Both the position numbers and the translations under genes were made by a program. A stretch of 64,000 nucleotides of DNA from a virus (Duplodnaviria; Caudoviricetes): positions 1-64,000 of IMG/VR virus record IMGVR_UViG_3300031134_000004. One strand, 5' to 3'. The notes beneath the pieces are model-generated. The model searched no databases. It saw nothing but the letters and a program-made list of their open reading frames with translations, and had not been told where the DNA came from. This document shows, piece by piece, positions 27,483-36,867 of the stretch (within the stretch, counting starts at the first letter, position 1; each line of letters begins with the position of its first letter).

Positions 27483-29033
27483 ATGGGTGTAGCCCTCGAA
27501 TTGGTAGACTTCGATGACATGTTTCATCGCGGCATTTCCAAAGCGCCCATCATCATCAACGATTACTCGGAAGCATCCGAGGACGATAAGGAATCCTTCA
27601 ATCGGCTGATCTACACGAAATACTCCAACGACCTTTTGAGCAACTTGCCGAGTTGCGAATGCGGTGAGGTCCAAGGAAAACTGAACGCACGGGACCGGGA
27701 TCAACCTGGCGTTATCTGTGGTAACTGTCACACCGAGTGTGTGGCACCCATGGAACAAGAACTCGAACCGATCGTGTGGATGCGAGCGCCAAAAGAAGTT
27801 GAGCGCTTGATGAATCCGATCATGCTCACGATGCTGAATGAAAAGTTCACGCGTAGTGGCTTTGAGATCATCCGCTGGATTTGCGACACCACGTACAAAC
27901 CACAAGTGCGTACGCCGGCGATCATGGAACAAGTGCAAGAACTCGGTATCGAGCGTGGCTACAACAACTTCGTGAAGAACTTCGACGACATCATCGAAGC
28001 GCTTTTCGATTTGAAGTACGGGAAAGCCAAACGCACGTCGCCGACTGATCCACTGCATGCACTAATTAAGATGCAGCGCAATTGCGTGTTCTCGGAATTC
28101 ATGCCGTTGCCTAACCGCGCCCTCATCGTGATCGAGGAAACCAACGTGGGTATCTACGTTGATCCAATCATCACTGGCGCCGTCGATGCAATTCGCACCA
28201 TGGTCGGTATCGATGCTCCGACCTCGAACTACAGCACCCGCACCAAAGAGAACCGGACATTTAAGACTCTGTTCGGCCTGGCAGCATTTAACGACGACTT
28301 GGCTCGCTCCACGCTGGCTAAGAAAGAAGGCATCTTCCGTAAGCACGTCTTTGGCACCCGCAGTCACTTCTCGTGTCGCGGCGTCATTACCTCGACAACG
28401 GACGACCATGTCTACGACGAGATCTACGTGCCGTGGGGTATGGGCGTAGCATCGCTCAGTGTTCATCTGACGAACAAGCTGCTGCGTGACGGGTTCGAAC
28501 CCAACTCAGCCAAAGCGTACCTGTACGAACATGCACAAACGTACAGCGCGCGACTGGAAGGGTACTTCCGCGAATTCATCGAGGAGTGTCCGTACAAAGG
28601 CTTGCCGGTTGTGTTCCAGCGTAACCCATCGCTCGAACGTGGTTCTGCCCAAGCGATGTTCATCACGCGTATCAAAACGCAAGTGGACGATCCAACCATC
28701 TCGATGTCGATCCTGTCGGTCGTTGGCTTTAATGCCGACTTCGATGGTGACCAACTGAACTGCACGCACGCCATTGATGGCTGGTCGGCTGACAAGTTGC
28801 AAAAGCTTGCGCCGCACATGAGTGTGTTTGGTCTGGACCAGCCTCGCGCTGTGTCACGTAATCTGTCAATGCCCAAGCCCGTGGTAGCGACGATTGCGAG
28901 TTGGATGCACCGTCCGCTCGATCCGGCAGATCCAATCAAGCTGGCCCGGATGGATGAACTGCTCGGCCAAGCACCAGTGGGTACGATTACCACCCCGCGT
29001 CGCCGCGCAACGGATCGCGAAACTCTTCAATAA
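27483..29033 (+). CDS. Non-virion RNA polymerase beta' N-terminal subunit (phiKZ gp55-like), uninterrupted
   Basis: Zn finger CECG...CGNC, KEGIFRKHVFGTR, QRNPSL, catalytic NADFDGD. Confidence 0.92.
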   Translation: MGVALELVDFDDMFHRGISKAPIIINDYSEASEDDKESFNRLIYTKYSNDLLSNLPSCECGEVQGKLNARDRDQPGVICGNCHTECVAPMEQELEPIVWMRAPKEVERLMNPIMLTMLNEKFTRSGFEIIRWICDTTYKPQVRTPAIMEQVQELGIERGYNNFVKNFDDIIEALFDLKYGKAKRTSPTDPLHALIKMQRNCVFSEFMPLPNRALIVIEETNVGIYVDPIITGAVDAIRTMVGIDAPTSNYSTRTKENRTFKTLFGLAAFNDDLARSTLAKKEGIFRKHVFGTRSHFSCRGVITSTTDDHVYDEIYVPWGMGVASLSVHLTNKLLRDGFEPNSAKAYLYEHAQTYSARLEGYFREFIEECPYKGLPVVFQRNPSLERGSAQAMFITRIKTQVDDPTISMSILSVVGFNADFDGDQLNCTHAIDGWSADKLQKLAPHMSVFGLDQPRAVSRNLSMPKPVVATIASWMHRPLDPADPIKLARMDELLGQAPVGTITTPRRRATDRETLQ

Positions 29034-29077
29034 CAAGGTCCCCCTAGTGATAGGGGGTTTAAACAAGGGAGCCCAAT

Positions 29078-29707
29078 ATGGTTCAAGTAGTAGTTGGGGG
29101 TTCCGGAGACTTCAACGCCATGGTGTATGGTTACGACCGTCATCCGGGCACAATGAATTATCTGGAAAACCAGTTCTCCAATTTCAGTAGCACGCTGACG
29201 GATGCTGGTCGTAGTTTCTTCTCCAACGCCAAGAGTACGTTTGAATCGCTCACCAACTCCGACGCAATGCGCGCTGCGCGTAATGCATTGCGTAAAGCTG
29301 GTGGTCTGTTCCAACGTGATGAAATTCGTTCCATCTGGGATTTGGCAGACTTCCAAACTGCCAAGCCAGTCATGCAGCGTTACATCATGGCGATCCCAGA
29401 AGTTCGCTCGCTGTGGCAACAACAGCGCATCGATGGTTACTCCGACACGTATGTCGACTTGTACCCTGGTGCAATTGGTGAAAACCATTACGACTTCCGC
29501 CGCATGACGACGGGGATCGTGCAAGAGTTGCCCGATGATGATGAAGCAGAATACGTCATCCGCGAGCATCTGGATGATCTGGTGGAAGATGATCGTGAAC
29601 TCGATACGGATGAAAAGGCCGATCTGGACTACACGCGCGAAGTGGCAAAAGCCTTCGCCGAGTTGGGTCAGGATGACTTGACGTCTGTATTTGGCGGTAA
29701 GCGTTAA
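29078..29707 (+). CDS. Conserved core protein (phiKZ gp59-like position), 209 aa
   Basis: Synteny downstream of the beta' N subunit; AACAAGGGAG RBS. Confidence 0.6.
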   Translation: MVQVVVGGSGDFNAMVYGYDRHPGTMNYLENQFSNFSSTLTDAGRSFFSNAKSTFESLTNSDAMRAARNALRKAGGLFQRDEIRSIWDLADFQTAKPVMQRYIMAIPEVRSLWQQQRIDGYSDTYVDLYPGAIGENHYDFRRMTTGIVQELPDDDEAEYVIREHLDDLVEDDRELDTDEKADLDYTREVAKAFAELGQDDLTSVFGGKR

Positions 29708-29711
29708 ACGC

Positions 29712-29755
29712 AAAAAAAGTAACTCGACTCTTCACAGGGTTGGGTTACTTTTTTT
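29712..29755. terminator. Bidirectional intrinsic terminator
   Basis: A7-GTAACTCGACTC/GGGTTGGGTTAC-T7. Confidence 0.75.
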
Positions 29756-29814
29756 TGCCCGCATTTTTAGATCCGTCGATTTTATGTATCTATCTTACTT
29801 CGACTGGATCTTTT

Positions 29815-30207
29815 ATGATTATCCCCGTCCCTACACTTTCCTCTGCTGGCTGGGTCACAGCGTTTGCTGATAAAGCAGACAAAATCATGGCGCACTTCTT
29901 TGAAGCTGAGAAGTCCCAAACGTTCATCTACGGCAGCAACGTATCGAGTCTTCAATGGCTCGTGCAAGAATACGGCAACCGTCCTGTGGCAATGACCCAA
30001 GAGTTGCGTGAAGCGCTTGAGCGTTATCTGAAGCGCTATTACACTGGCGTGATTGTTGACGTTGCAATTCGCGATGATGGTACGCCGCGTTACGAGCTGC
30101 GCGTGTCGATTCAAGTTACTGAAGAAGGTCGCAACTACTCCTTCGGTAAAGAACTGCAAATGAACAACGGCGCTCTTGCCAAGATCATTGACCTTAATAA
30201 CGGCTAA
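29815..30207 (+). CDS. Conserved core hypothetical protein, 130 aa
   Basis: MIIPVPTLSSAGWV start; synteny within the core block. Confidence 0.65.
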   Translation: MIIPVPTLSSAGWVTAFADKADKIMAHFFEAEKSQTFIYGSNVSSLQWLVQEYGNRPVAMTQELREALERYLKRYYTGVIVDVAIRDDGTPRYELRVSIQVTEEGRNYSFGKELQMNNGALAKIIDLNNG

Positions 30208-30234
30208 GCCTACTAATAACAAGGAGTAACGAAC

Positions 30235-30810
30235 ATGAGTGATGAATACGATCCGTCTGAATTTGTCCGCCAACGCATGGCAGATGAAATCAGTGAAATT
30301 GCAGCCAATGTGGAAAAGGCTGCTCATGAAGTGCGCGCTCGTTTGCCAGAACGCCACTTCCGTGAAATCTACCTGCCGATGTTTGCAGGCGATGCTAAGC
30401 TTAACTATCCGGTGGACTTGAACCACTGGGTCAACTTTGCTGGCAATCCGTACCGGGAAGTGGACATCATCAACGAACGTGGTGAAGTGCTCTACACCGT
30501 ACCACCAGTTCTGGATCGGCATTCTGTCAATCCAATGGACGGTAGCGAGACTCGCACTTCGATTGCCCACGCCATTTCAACTGCCCAACAGTATGGTCGC
30601 ATTCATCCATCGCAAGGTGTGAACTATCTGAATGCAGAACTTACTGAGCGCGCATTAATTATGAAGGTGCCAGCGAACGTGCTCAAAGATCTTGAGACGT
30701 GGAATGCTATTTTCCAACGCTACAATCGCCCGCCCATTATTCAGGCACAAGCCGAGCAGGTCAAACCTGTTGTTCGTCCTGACGACGATTTCGATTTCGA
30801 ACCGTTCTAA
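30235..30810 (+). CDS. Conserved core hypothetical protein, 191 aa
   Basis: AACAAGGAG RBS; acidic C-terminus DDDFDFEPF. Confidence 0.7.
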   Translation: MSDEYDPSEFVRQRMADEISEIAANVEKAAHEVRARLPERHFREIYLPMFAGDAKLNYPVDLNHWVNFAGNPYREVDIINERGEVLYTVPPVLDRHSVNPMDGSETRTSIAHAISTAQQYGRIHPSQGVNYLNAELTERALIMKVPANVLKDLETWNAIFQRYNRPPIIQAQAEQVKPVVRPDDDFDFEPF

Positions 30811-30867
30811 CCAATTGCAAATACGCATGGGGAGAACTTGTGGTTCATGTCCATTTAGGAATTTCCC

Positions 30868-32019
30868 ATGCTGTTTCGTGTAAAGAACGAACTTAATATC
30901 GCATCAGTGAGTGACATCCATCTAGGTCACCGTCGTAACCCAACTAGGCGCATTATCGGAAACCTCTTTACTGCGCTGCCAGACGACGAAGTCACTGCTG
31001 CACTTGACCTCCTCTTAATTCCAGGGGATGTGTTTGATAACCTCAAATCGCTGCCCGATACCGATGTTGTTGACATCGACTATTGGATTTACCAGACGCT
31101 GCGTCTTGCCAAGAAACACAACATCGTTGTGGTGGTTCTGGAAGGCACCCCTGGTCATGATTGGAAACAATCGCGGCGCTTTGTGGAGATCAACGAGAAT
31201 GCAGGTATTGGCGCTGACCTTCGTTACATAGAGACCCTTTCCATCGAGTACATAGAGCAATACGGGATCTCCGTGCTCTGTGTACCCGATGAGTGGGATA
31301 CCCCTGAAAACACCCTAAGCCAAGTACACGACCTGCTGCGAGCCAAAGGCTTGAGCCAAGTGGACTTTGCGATCATGCACGGACAATTCCCACACCAATT
31401 GCCCGAGCACATCAAAGCACCCAAGCACGACCCGGAAGCGTACATGGCGCTTGTGAAGTATGTGATCTTTATCGGTCACGTCCACACCTTTAGCGTCTAC
31501 CGTAGTCTGGTTAATCCAGGCGGCTCTTTCATTGTGGCGCAAGGATCATTCGATCGCTTAACCCATGGTGAAGAAGGACCAAAGGGACACGTCAGGGCAA
31601 AGGTGCGTGCTGTGGGTGACATTGATTTGCAGTTCATCGAAAACGAAAACGCCATGAAGTTCGTGACCGTAACGTGTAACTCGATGAGTCTGGAAGAAAC
31701 ACTCGCTACCATTACTGCGCAGGTAAAGGATTTGCCAGATGGTTCGTTCGTGCGCGTGAAAGCCGATTGGGATAACCCGATCCTCACCAACATGGAAGAA
31801 CTCATTCGCCGCTTCCCGCTGGCGAACTGGACCAAGCTCTCAACTGAAGCTGTGGTGGAAGAAGAACAAAAGGTGATGGAAGAAGATACGCCATTTGTCC
31901 CTATCGTATTGACCCGTGATAACTTGCCGGGCTTACTCATGGAACGCATTGCGCGCTCTGGCGCAAGTGGCAGTGTGATTGATGCAGCAACTGACATCTT
32001 AATGGAGATTATCAAATGA
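30868..32019 (+). CDS. sbcD: SbcD/Mre11-like metallophosphoesterase nuclease
   Basis: SDIHLG, GDVFD, GTPGHD, MHGQF and GHVH motifs. Confidence 0.88.
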   Translation: MLFRVKNELNIASVSDIHLGHRRNPTRRIIGNLFTALPDDEVTAALDLLLIPGDVFDNLKSLPDTDVVDIDYWIYQTLRLAKKHNIVVVVLEGTPGHDWKQSRRFVEINENAGIGADLRYIETLSIEYIEQYGISVLCVPDEWDTPENTLSQVHDLLRAKGLSQVDFAIMHGQFPHQLPEHIKAPKHDPEAYMALVKYVIFIGHVHTFSVYRSLVNPGGSFIVAQGSFDRLTHGEEGPKGHVRAKVRAVGDIDLQFIENENAMKFVTVTCNSMSLEETLATITAQVKDLPDGSFVRVKADWDNPILTNMEELIRRFPLANWTKLSTEAVVEEEQKVMEEDTPFVPIVLTRDNLPGLLMERIARSGASGSVIDAATDILMEIIK

Positions 32020-32855
32020 CGCTTAACAGCATGATTGCAGAACGGGCTGTGGGGAAGTTTCCCATTTCCGTTGCAACATCGCTGGCGTTGGAAGCGGCGT
32101 GCGGTATCCACGATGATTATCCCGTGAACCGCGCGCCCATTCTCGACTACCCAGCTTTCTGGGTTAATGTGCGAACCCTGATTCGGAACTTTATCGGATC
32201 ACTTGACCGTCATTCTGTTAATAGCCTCGTGCCGGAAGATATTGCCGAGACCATTGCAGAAGAGATGCAGCACATCAGTGGTATCATTGCGGAGTATTCA
32301 GAACACCGTAGTAACGTGACGTATTACTACAGCGACTACCATGACATGGAAAGTAAGTACAAACATGCCACGGTGCGCCGGGATAATACGGACAACCAAA
32401 AAGAATACACCGCCATGCATGAAGTGGCTATGAAAGCGCTTCTTGAAATCACTGGCAACCAGATTCACCTCTTTACCTTAAAGCTCGAACCTGAGGCTTT
32501 CCCTACGGCGATGATATTGACGAACTATGCGTACGACCTTGTGTCTTACAAGAAGTTCAACAAGCTCGTGTTACTTGAATCGCACACCGGAAGAATTAAG
32601 GAACGGGCCCAATGGTACACGAAGTACTATCAAGGTGAGGGATTGTCAATGATCCCTTTCCGCGAAGACTTCCTACAAGTCTTTGGTGACAGTACCACTT
32701 TTCGACCGATGGATCACCGCTTGCGCAAAGACATCATCGAAATTGCTACCAAGTACAACTGGAGCGCGGTCACAACCAAGGACAAGATTTTGTACGGGAT
32801 CAATGCCATGAAGAACGACTATTACAAGACGATTCTGAAGGACATTCTCGTATAG
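32016..32855 (+). CDS. Conserved core protein (phiKZ gp66-like position), 279 aa
   Basis: ATGA overlap with sbcD; synteny. Confidence 0.65.
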   Translation: MTLNSMIAERAVGKFPISVATSLALEAACGIHDDYPVNRAPILDYPAFWVNVRTLIRNFIGSLDRHSVNSLVPEDIAETIAEEMQHISGIIAEYSEHRSNVTYYYSDYHDMESKYKHATVRRDNTDNQKEYTAMHEVAMKALLEITGNQIHLFTLKLEPEAFPTAMILTNYAYDLVSYKKFNKLVLLESHTGRIKERAQWYTKYYQGEGLSMIPFREDFLQVFGDSTTFRPMDHRLRKDIIEIATKYNWSAVTTKDKILYGINAMKNDYYKTILKDILV

Positions 32856-32949
32856 AACGGCCTTGCCTAAATAGCATTAGGTAAGATTTAACTACACTCG
32901 CTCATCATCTGAGAGGCGCTACGGCGTCAAATAACAAAGGAAAACGAAC

Positions 32950-33654
32950 ATGGCTGGTCCATTCCCACAACGCGTGAAGAACGCACTCGACCATCGCAAG
33001 CTGAACCTGTCGGCACCAACGCCCGGCCAACAAGGCAAATGGTCGAGCCTTATCTGGGGCTTCCACGCGAACAACCCACGCATCACCGTCTGGACCAACG
33101 TGCCGGAAGATCAGACGGAAAAGAACGGCAACGGTAAGATCGCTGCCAACATGGACATGCCGACGATGTTCGCCATGGTCAACCTGCTGAACATGGCAGT
33201 CGATGCTGAAGGCGAAAAGCGCTGGAAGATCGAAAACAAGAACTTCATCTTCCCAGGCGGCAAGCGTTCGGAAAAACCGGTCGTGGTTTCCGAGACCTGG
33301 ATCGGCAAAGACGCCGAAGGTTGCGTGTTCATCAGCGTCACCGCGCGCGATCGGCCGAAGATCAAATTCGTGTTCGGTTCGTCGGACTTCCACCAGTTCT
33401 TCCACCAGAGCGGTGAACCGATGACCAAGGGCGAAACGTCCGTGCTGTTTGCACGCGGCTACGCACGCATCCTCGAAGGCATCCTGCCGGGTCTGGCAAT
33501 TGCCAACTACGAAGAACCGAAACCGAAAGAAGATCGCGGTGGCGGTGGCGGCAACCGTGGCAACTACGGTAGCGGCGGTGGCGGTGGCAATCGTTCGGGT
33601 GGTGGCGGCGGTGGTTCGTCGTTCGACGCTGGCGGGGACGACATGCCGTTTTAA
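32950..33654 (+). CDS. chmC: ChmC-like nucleic-acid-binding protein with Gly-rich tail and SSB-like C-terminus
   Basis: Directly upstream of the sigma-like subunit and PicA-like gene; about 190-aa domain plus RGG/G-rich tail; ends FDAGGDDMPF. Confidence 0.65.
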   Translation: MAGPFPQRVKNALDHRKLNLSAPTPGQQGKWSSLIWGFHANNPRITVWTNVPEDQTEKNGNGKIAANMDMPTMFAMVNLLNMAVDAEGEKRWKIENKNFIFPGGKRSEKPVVVSETWIGKDAEGCVFISVTARDRPKIKFVFGSSDFHQFFHQSGEPMTKGETSVLFARGYARILEGILPGLAIANYEEPKPKEDRGGGGGNRGNYGSGGGGGNRSGGGGGGSSFDAGGDDMPF

Positions 33655-33672
33655 GTAACACGGTAATACTCT

Positions 33673-33726
33673 AGCTTGAGAACCTAATCCTGCTCGGAAG
33701 GCGGGGTTAGGTTCTCAAGCTTTTTC
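33673..33726 (+). terminator. Long intrinsic terminator
   Basis: About 21-bp stem AGCTTGAGAACCTAATCCTGC/GCGGGGTTAGGTTCTCAAGCT plus T tract. Confidence 0.85.
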
Positions 33727-33767
33727 TTCCCTTACTCTGGCACGAGAGTAATCTAGGAAACTTCAGG

Positions 33768-33786
33768 CATATATCACGTACTTGAG
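33768..33786 (+). promoter_or_regulatory. Early promoter-like motif
   Basis: CATATATCACGTACTTGAG upstream of the sigma-like subunit. Confidence 0.72.
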
Positions 33787-33819
33787 CAGTATCGTTCTGT
33801 TCTATAAAAGGGGATTGAT

Positions 33820-35361
33820 TTGAAACTAGAAATTAACCGATTCGGTCTTCAAGGGGCACCGTCGCAAGTGAACCTGGAGCATCGTGGTGTAGTGCTCGAA
33901 TGGAACATCGCTTTGTTTGACAAGGCAAGTTTCAATGGTGAGTTCGATATCTTCGAACAAATCAACGGGTACTGGGGGCACCTGGCGATGGAAGTACAAG
34001 ACAAGATCTTCAATGTGTATCAACGCATTAAAGATGTGTTCGATTCCGTCTGGGAAAACAGTGAACTGACCAAGCAGTTGTACCAGCTCATCAAAGAGCT
34101 GTACGTGCACCATCAGTTAAGCGACATCAAGTTCTGGATCTCGTTTCGCAGTAACGTCGTGGTGCCGGCTGGCCTGCGTGAAGAATTCAAAGAGTCGCAC
34201 GAAACACCAGGCACGCGTGAACGCACGTACCTGAAGGCAGACTACGAGTGGCTCGTGGCACTGTCTGTTGCACTGCGTCCCATGGTTCCAATCTGGGGCG
34301 AGTTCATCAACCGCACGCGTCGCGATGCCGGTACGGTGTTTAAAGAGTACTACGCATTCCAGTTGCTGGCGTACTCGAGCTTGTACAACTCTGAACCAAT
34401 GGAGCGCCTGCGTGTCTACGTGGAGCATTCCTTGCCAGCGGAGAAGTCCAAAGCAGCAGCCATCTTCGGCGGCATTTCGTCAGAAGACTTTCCGATGTGG
34501 GTGTTGGGTCTGGTCGTTGTTCGGCGTTTGTCTATCGGCGACGTACGCGGCACTGATCCAGGCACCACGCTTGTGAGCTTTATCTACAAGTACATCGGGC
34601 AAAAGGTGAAGGGGCATGACAACAACTTCATCGGCATGGTCAAAGACAAGCAAGTCGAAGGTCAGGGGCAAGAAGGGGAAAACAACCTGTCCAAACTCGA
34701 AGGGTACAAGATCAAGCAGGAAATTCCTGCGGGCGATATCGCCATCATCGAGTACCGTGCACGTCAACCGCTGCATCTGGCCAAGAAGCTGTGTCCTGAC
34801 ATCAGTGAAGAACTGGTGAAGGAATCGATCGCTACGGTGACGGCGGCGCTGCAAAACAGCACGATCTTCAATCCGCAAATGACCATGGTGCAATGGGTCA
34901 TGGCTGGCGTCTTGCCACCACGCGGCTTGTTGCATCTGAAGAAGACCACGGTCTTGATGGTCATGGGTGTCGTGCAAGCGATCCTGTGGCACAAAGGTCA
35001 CCGTGAGTTGGCAGGACTCATGACGGCGCTCGAACAAGACAGCGACGATGAGATGCTGCTCGGTGGTACGGATTCCCGTGCCCGCATTCCCAAAGACATG
35101 CTCGAGCAACTCGATGCGCTGTTCCCATACTCGCGTCGTCCAACGGGCAAGATGCGTCAAGTCAAGCGTACCAACGCTGCGATCGAGACCATCGAAGAAC
35201 TCAACAAAGGGTTCGGTAGTAACGTGTGGCGTCTCACCCTCCCAGCAGCTTGGGTCGAGCAAGTCACCGGTAATAAAAACAATCGGCGGTATAGCACCCC
35301 GCACGATATCAAAGTCAAGTTGGCAGCCCTTGCCATTCAATTAGCACAACGTACGTTTTAA
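33820..35361 (+). CDS. Non-virion RNAP sigma-like specificity subunit (phiKZ gp68-like), TTG start
   Basis: 513 aa, helical; size and synteny between the chmC-like and picA-like genes. Confidence 0.72.
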   Translation: MKLEINRFGLQGAPSQVNLEHRGVVLEWNIALFDKASFNGEFDIFEQINGYWGHLAMEVQDKIFNVYQRIKDVFDSVWENSELTKQLYQLIKELYVHHQLSDIKFWISFRSNVVVPAGLREEFKESHETPGTRERTYLKADYEWLVALSVALRPMVPIWGEFINRTRRDAGTVFKEYYAFQLLAYSSLYNSEPMERLRVYVEHSLPAEKSKAAAIFGGISSEDFPMWVLGLVVVRRLSIGDVRGTDPGTTLVSFIYKYIGQKVKGHDNNFIGMVKDKQVEGQGQEGENNLSKLEGYKIKQEIPAGDIAIIEYRARQPLHLAKKLCPDISEELVKESIATVTAALQNSTIFNPQMTMVQWVMAGVLPPRGLLHLKKTTVLMVMGVVQAILWHKGHRELAGLMTALEQDSDDEMLLGGTDSRARIPKDMLEQLDALFPYSRRPTGKMRQVKRTNAAIETIEELNKGFGSNVWRLTLPAAWVEQVTGNKNNRRYSTPHDIKVKLAALAIQLAQRTF

Positions 35362-35378
35362 ACAAGGAGTCAATAATC

Positions 35379-36824
35379 ATGGAACATCTCAAGTCTTTCC
35401 GTATCAGCAAACTGCTCTTGCAAGAGAGTGGCACGTATAACGATCAGATGCGTCGTCGTTACGATACGGTATTGCAAAACAACACGATGAACATGATGGC
35501 CGAACGTTTGGCTGGCGTGTCCGAATACCAAGCACCGCTCTTTGCTGGTATTGCCAACCAATTCATCGCGCCGCAAGCAACGCCTGAAAAGCAGATCGAC
35601 ATCAGCAACGGCTGGTCCGAACGCCGCATGCGCTTCATGATGGAAATCGAGATCGACTTGTACATGGGCGGTCGTATCAAGGAAGTCATCCTGGGCTGGA
35701 CGAGCCACCTGGGTATTTCGACTGCCGGCCAGATCGATCCGCAAATGGAATTCTTCGTGAATTCCACGCTGCAAATTCGCGAGACCATCGCCAATACGCC
35801 TGTCGGTCGTCAGACCTACTCGTCGGTCGTGGACAACTCGCACATCCTGGTTGACCCAAGCTGGAGCAGTATCTACACCGCGCAAGCCGATACGCGCCTG
35901 CGTCCAGAAGACGTCTTTACCACGATGAGCCGTACGCACCTGTCCGGTCTGGGCAAAGTCGCTGACGGTCGCACGATGTCGATGAACACGGCTGTCAAGT
36001 CGCGTCGCAGCAATGGTTCGGCAGCGAACTACATGGCTGACATCCTGCGCAGCCACAAGCAAGCATCGGTGCTCGAAGAAGCCGGTGCGGGTGAACAGGA
36101 AATCCTGATGAAAGCCCGTGGGTTCGCTCAGGAAAACATCGCTGCTGCCGACTACTTCCTCGCCGCTATCTCGCAACTGCGGGGCATGGGTGTGTCGAAC
36201 GTGTTCCAGTACAGCGACCTGATCTCGCTCGATGAAGGCGTCACGCATAACACCGTGGCGTCGTTCCTGGGCCAGACCCAAAAGTCGAGCGTACACCAAC
36301 AAGGTCAGACGCAGCACTGGGCAGGCGCCGATGCAGAAACCGTAGCAGCTACGGTACTGAGCCAATCGGTGCCAGCAGCCATGATGGAAGTGGGCCTGAC
36401 GAACGTCATGTTCAAGTCCACCAACCAAGACATCGGTAGCCAGATGCATACGGTCTTCATGGACATTCGTGGTTTCGTCCACGGCGACCTGTCGACCCAA
36501 GCGCAATACCTGCGTAACCAACTCGAGCAGACCATCCTGCGCGATTTGACCTACAACAACTCGATCTCGTATTCGGTCGAGATGAGCGTGGACTTGCTGG
36601 GGGAAACCTGGATCAAGATCTCGCTCAATGGTGGTCCGTTCATCGACTACGTCACGCCAAGCTTCTGCGATGCGCTGACGGTGCCGGTCCTGACCAACAA
36701 CAGCAATGCGGCAACGCAACTGGCGAGTGACTTCGAACTCCTGGCCAGTGCTTTGAGCGAAGCGTCCAAAGACGCACATCCAACGATCCAGTCGGCCGGC
36801 GGCACGGCGTGGGGTAACATTTAA
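35379..36824 (+). CDS. picA: PicA/Imp1-like phage-nucleus protein import factor (phiKZ gp69-like)
   Basis: 481 aa; synteny directly after the gp68-like gene; no motif-level proof. Confidence 0.62.
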   Translation: MEHLKSFRISKLLLQESGTYNDQMRRRYDTVLQNNTMNMMAERLAGVSEYQAPLFAGIANQFIAPQATPEKQIDISNGWSERRMRFMMEIEIDLYMGGRIKEVILGWTSHLGISTAGQIDPQMEFFVNSTLQIRETIANTPVGRQTYSSVVDNSHILVDPSWSSIYTAQADTRLRPEDVFTTMSRTHLSGLGKVADGRTMSMNTAVKSRRSNGSAANYMADILRSHKQASVLEEAGAGEQEILMKARGFAQENIAAADYFLAAISQLRGMGVSNVFQYSDLISLDEGVTHNTVASFLGQTQKSSVHQQGQTQHWAGADAETVAATVLSQSVPAAMMEVGLTNVMFKSTNQDIGSQMHTVFMDIRGFVHGDLSTQAQYLRNQLEQTILRDLTYNNSISYSVEMSVDLLGETWIKISLNGGPFIDYVTPSFCDALTVPVLTNNSNAATQLASDFELLASALSEASKDAHPTIQSAGGTAWGNI

Positions 36825-36867
36825 TCACATCCCCCTTCTAAGATAGAGGGGGTTACGGGAGTACTAC

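Noticed and set aside
25328-27520. 730-aa antisense ORF over chmA, and similar long antisense ORFs over phuZ, the 759 gene, RNAP subunits, DNA pol exo and the 49681 gene
   Set aside because: These are shadow ORFs: strong sense-strand codon bias avoids TTA, CTA and TCA, removing antisense stops. They have no RBS and no protein-like motifs.
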